DNA from: Candidatus Woesearchaeota archaeon
GTDB lineage: Archaea; Nanobdellota; Nanobdellia; Woesearchaeales; SKIA01
Assembly: GCA_046704725.1 (NCBI GenBank)
Contig: JBJKRI010000005.1
Location: 209,579-273,578, forward strand
Direction of reading: 5' to 3'
Length of the DNA stretch: 64,000 bases
The notes beneath the pieces were generated by a model. The model searched no databases. It was not told the DNA's origin and saw only the letters and a list, made by a program, of their open reading frames with translations. The number at the start of each line of letters is the position of its first letter. The stretch's first letter is position 1. The position numbers and the translations under genes are program-made. Positions 60,551 through 64,000 of this stretch are shown one piece after another.

Positions 60551-61873
60551 ATGGATGCGAAGGTTCTTGCCCAGGCATTGACCGCGGTCGAATACTGGCT
60601 GGCGGAACAGCGCGAACTTCTCGGGATACCCTGCCTGTCGGTCTCGGTCTCGCACAAGGGCTGCGTGGTCTACTCGAACACGCTCGGGGAATCGCCAACG
60701 AAGCGTCCCCTGTACCGGATCGCCTCCATATCGAAGGTGTTCACGGCAATCACAGTGCTACAGCTCGTCGAGGAAGGACAACTCCATCTCAACGACCGTG
60801 TCGGTGACTATTGCGAATGGACGAAGAGCGCGAAGGACAAGCGAACATCCAAGCTGACAATCAGGCAACTGCTCACGCACACGACCGGCATGACGCGTGA
60901 TGGCGGCATCTTCTGGAACACGGACGATTTTCCCGACGCGAAGATGCTTCGGCGCATCGTGGCAGAGAACCGTCTCATCTTTGCGCCTCCAGCACGGTTC
61001 AAGTATTCCAACCTCGCGTTCGGACTGCTCGGGCAAGTCATCGAGTCCGTCACCGGCGAGCCGTACGAGACTATCGTGCAAAAACGCATCCTCAGGCCTT
61101 TGAAACTGACGCGTACGCATATCGATGTGAAACCGAACGGAATGAAGGGTCTTGTCCCGGGCTACGGTCGCGCGGCTCCTGGGAAGAAGCGGCCGCGCAT
61201 ACCGAACATACCGACGAAAGCGCTCGCGCCAGCGACGGGTTTCGCCTCTGACGCAGAAGACGTCGCGCGGTTCTTCAACGCGCTCTGCAGGCCGCAGGAC
61301 GGCCTGCTCAGCGAAGCGGGCCTCCGAAGCATCAAGCGCACGCAACAATCGGTCTCCGAAAGCGAGAAGCGCACCTTCGCGCTGTTCGCGTATCCGAAAC
61401 CGCAACTCCGCCTCTCCCATTCCGGAGGATTCATGGGATATATCACCGTCGCGGCATGCGATCCGAAGAGGGATATTGGCATCAGCATATTCACCAACGC
61501 CATCGGAGCGCCGGCAGGACCGCTGATGACAGGATTTCTCAAGCTCATCTGGCGCTTCGAGAAGGAAGCGGGAGCAAGAGGCGATGCGAGTGCGCTCGGC
61601 GGCGTGTATGAGAACCGCTGGAGCAAGGACGTGCTCGCACCGGTGGACGGCAGGCTCCTCTGGCTCGGCACGAGCATACAGGATCCTGCTGAATGGGCGA
61701 TGACTCTCTCACCGGAAAAGGACGGCTACCGCGTCACGAAAGCGAGTCCTTTCGACCGCCCTGGAGAACATTTCGTGTTCAGGAAAGAGGGCGGAAAGCT
61801 TGTCGCACAATCTGCCGGCTGGCGCACGACGCGAGTCAGCAAACTGCGTCCTGTGCGGCTCAAGAACGCGTAA
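60551..61873 (+). CDS. serine hydrolase, beta-lactamase family
   Basis: ASISK, LLTHT.G, YSN, HSGG. Confidence 0.9.
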   Translation: MDAKVLAQALTAVEYWLAEQRELLGIPCLSVSVSHKGCVVYSNTLGESPTKRPLYRIASISKVFTAITVLQLVEEGQLHLNDRVGDYCEWTKSAKDKRTSKLTIRQLLTHTTGMTRDGGIFWNTDDFPDAKMLRRIVAENRLIFAPPARFKYSNLAFGLLGQVIESVTGEPYETIVQKRILRPLKLTRTHIDVKPNGMKGLVPGYGRAAPGKKRPRIPNIPTKALAPATGFASDAEDVARFFNALCRPQDGLLSEAGLRSIKRTQQSVSESEKRTFALFAYPKPQLRLSHSGGFMGYITVAACDPKRDIGISIFTNAIGAPAGPLMTGFLKLIWRFEKEAGARGDASALGGVYENRWSKDVLAPVDGRLLWLGTSIQDPAEWAMTLSPEKDGYRVTKASPFDRPGEHFVFRKEGGKLVAQSAGWRTTRVSKLRPVRLKNA

Positions 61874-61903
61874 ACCCTTAAACCACCGCATATTCTTGCA
61901 TTT

Positions 61904-63490
61904 GTGAAGACGCTCACCATCGAACCCGTCACGGGGGACGCGGCAGTCGACCTCGCGCTGGACACCATCCGCATCGGCAAGCAAGCGTTGGTGTTCGTGA
62001 ACAGCAAGCGCAGCGCGGAGGCCGTGGCCGAGAAGATCGGCAAGAAGAACGGGGAGCAAGGGCTCAAGGACTTGGCGGAGAAGATCCTCGGCGTGTTGTC
62101 GAGCCCGACGAAGCAATGCCGGCGCCTGGCGTACTGCGTGGAGCGCGGCACCGCCTTCCACCACGCGGGCCTCGCATCGAAGCAACGAGAGCTCGTCGAG
62201 GACGCCTTCCGGGAGGGCAAGCTCCGGATCATCGCCGCCACACCGACGTTGGCGGCGGGAATCAACCTGCCCGCATTCAGAACCATCATCCGTGATCTCA
62301 AGCGCTTCTCGGGAGCCGGCATGCGCGCGATACCCGTCCTGGAGTACCACCAGATGGCCGGCCGTTCGGGACGGCCGGACTTCAACGACGAGTACGGAGA
62401 GGCCATCGCCATCGCCAAGCACGAGAAGGAAGCGGAGCAGGTCATCGAGACGTACGTCTTCGGAGAGCCGGAGGCCATCTGGAGCAAGGTATCGTCATTG
62501 CCGGTCTTGCGTACGTACTGCCTGTCATTGGTGGCGAGCGGCTTTCTCACGACGATGGAAGAGCTGCAGGAGTTCTTCTCCCAGACCTTCTTCGCCCACC
62601 AGTACCAAGACCTCAAGGGGATACGGCAGAAGATCATGGATACAGTGAACCTGTTGCGGGAATGGGACTTCCTCGAAGGGGAAGGAAACGACGACTTCAC
62701 CGGCGCGGACGAGCTGCAGAAACAAGCGGACGGGGCTCTTGTCGCGACAGCGCTGGGAAGGCGCGTGAGCGAACTGTATCTGGACCCGTTGACCGCGCAC
62801 GACCTCATCAATGGCCTGAGGCGCGCGCAGGGACGGCAGCCGACCTTCTACAGCTGGCTGCACCTCGTGTGCTCGGCCATCGAGATGCGGCCGTTGCTCC
62901 GCGTCAAGGCCGCGGACTACGAAGCGCTCGACAGCTATCTCGAGAAGCGTCGCGACGACCTGCTCGCGCTCGAGCCGAGCGTCTACGACCCCGACTACGA
63001 GAGCTTCCTGGAAGCGGCGAAGACCGCACGATTATTGGATGACTGGGCCGACGAGAGGAGCGAGGAGGAACTCCTCGAGCGCTACGATTGCAGACCGGGG
63101 GAACTGCGGGCGCGATTGGATATCGCGGACTGGCTCGTGTACGGGACCTCAGAGCTCGCGCGGCTCTTGAAGCTGCACGCGTACGTCGCGCCATTGCAAC
63201 GCGCGCGCACGAGACTCAAATACGGGGTGCGAGAAGAGCTCGTGCCGTTGCTCAAGTTCAAGAACATCGGGCGCGTGCGGGCGCGCACGCTCCACAAGAA
63301 CGGCATCCGCACGGCCGGAGACGTGCAGGCGGCGGACGCGAACACGCTGAGCGCGCTCCTCGGACCGAAGATCGCCAAGGATCTCAAGAAACAGGTGGGG
63401 CAGGATGTGGAAGAACAGGCGCTCTCGCCGCGGAAACGCACCGGGCAATTATCGCTCGAAGCGCCGCGATTCCGCAAGAGGACGCGCTGA
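61904..63490 (+). CDS. Hel308/Ski2-like helicase, C-terminal half only
   Basis: LVFVNSKR, AFHHAGL, ATPTLAAGINLPA, QMAGRSGRP, winged helix, IGRVRAR; no Walker A or DExH. Confidence 0.88.
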   Translation: MKTLTIEPVTGDAAVDLALDTIRIGKQALVFVNSKRSAEAVAEKIGKKNGEQGLKDLAEKILGVLSSPTKQCRRLAYCVERGTAFHHAGLASKQRELVEDAFREGKLRIIAATPTLAAGINLPAFRTIIRDLKRFSGAGMRAIPVLEYHQMAGRSGRPDFNDEYGEAIAIAKHEKEAEQVIETYVFGEPEAIWSKVSSLPVLRTYCLSLVASGFLTTMEELQEFFSQTFFAHQYQDLKGIRQKIMDTVNLLREWDFLEGEGNDDFTGADELQKQADGALVATALGRRVSELYLDPLTAHDLINGLRRAQGRQPTFYSWLHLVCSAIEMRPLLRVKAADYEALDSYLEKRRDDLLALEPSVYDPDYESFLEAAKTARLLDDWADERSEEELLERYDCRPGELRARLDIADWLVYGTSELARLLKLHAYVAPLQRARTRLKYGVREELVPLLKFKNIGRVRARTLHKNGIRTAGDVQAADANTLSALLGPKIAKDLKKQVGQDVEEQALSPRKRTGQLSLEAPRFRKRTR

Positions 63491-63529
63491 AAGGGAAAAC
63501 ATCTTATACCCCGTCCGCGAGGATGGGGG

Positions 63530-64000
63530 ATGCGCATCCAGACGACCTCAGCAATCGTGGTGATTCTGTTCTGCCTATCGGCAGGGGCGGCCACCGCCGC
63601 GACGCCCTACTTCCAGGACGGGTTCGAGACGTACGCGCCGAACACGACGGTCGGCGGACACGGCTCGAACGGCTTCACCTGGAGCGGCCAGACGAGCGTG
63701 CGCGTGAGCAACGCTCATGCGCATTCAGGAACGCAGTCGCTCGCGTTCACCTACCCTGCGAAGCCGATGGGGCTCGACGGCTGGTCCGAGCAGCGGTTCC
63801 TCTTCTCCCAGAACGCGAGCACCGCCCCGAAGGAGGTCTGGCTCGATTACTGGTTGCGGTTCCCCGACAATTACGACTATCGCAACCAATGGGCGTGGAA
63901 CCAGACGACGACGGGATCGATAGCGGCAGGATCGACGACACTTCTCATCGATGCGCCTGATTTCGATTCCGCGAACGCGAAGTTGATGCGGGTGACCATC
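63530..64000 (+). CDS. secreted beta-sandwich protein (ConA/polysaccharide-lyase-like), partial
   Basis: signal peptide, FQDGFE, AHSG..SL.F.Y, EVWLDYW.RFP.NY; runs off the window end. Confidence 0.65.
   Translation, partial: MRIQTTSAIVVILFCLSAGAATAATPYFQDGFETYAPNTTVGGHGSNGFTWSGQTSVRVSNAHAHSGTQSLAFTYPAKPMGLDGWSEQRFLFSQNASTAPKEVWLDYWLRFPDNYDYRNQWAWNQTTTGSIAAGSTTLLIDAPDFDSANAKLMRVTI

Overview
This is an archaeal chromosomal segment with a GC-rich backbone. Archaeal markers include rpS3Ae, aEF-1beta, Bud32, Sec11-type signal peptidase, type II MetAP and BHB-intron tRNAs without encoded CCA. The mix with bacterial-type gyrB, ackA, class II fba and a thyA-glyA-folC-folA operon suggests a DPANN/Woesearchaeota-like organism, which is an inference. 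The main accessory feature is a ~18.2 kb lower-GC element integrated at the 3' end of tRNA-Glu(CTC). It is bounded by a 15-bp direct repeat (30274-30288 and 48471-48485) with 23-bp inverted arms just inside each end. It carries a tyrosine integrase, a chain of tiny ribbon-helix-helix genes ending in an HTH/Rep-like gene, and a dense defence-like cargo. That cargo comprises a beta-propeller protein, two different UvrD helicase-nuclease fusions, an MTase with a PLD endonuclease, a NucS-like/DUF5655 protein, and a Trypco2-like/membrane/DUF559/PD-(D/E)xK cassette. Other oddities are a half-length Hel308, a LAGLIDADG gene beside an intron-containing tRNA, a NUDIX gene starting on the base after a tRNA, a 23-aa Asp/Trp micro-ORF facing topA, and a Zn-ribbon protein that has lost one zinc site. 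All calls come from reading motifs by eye; no database searches were run.
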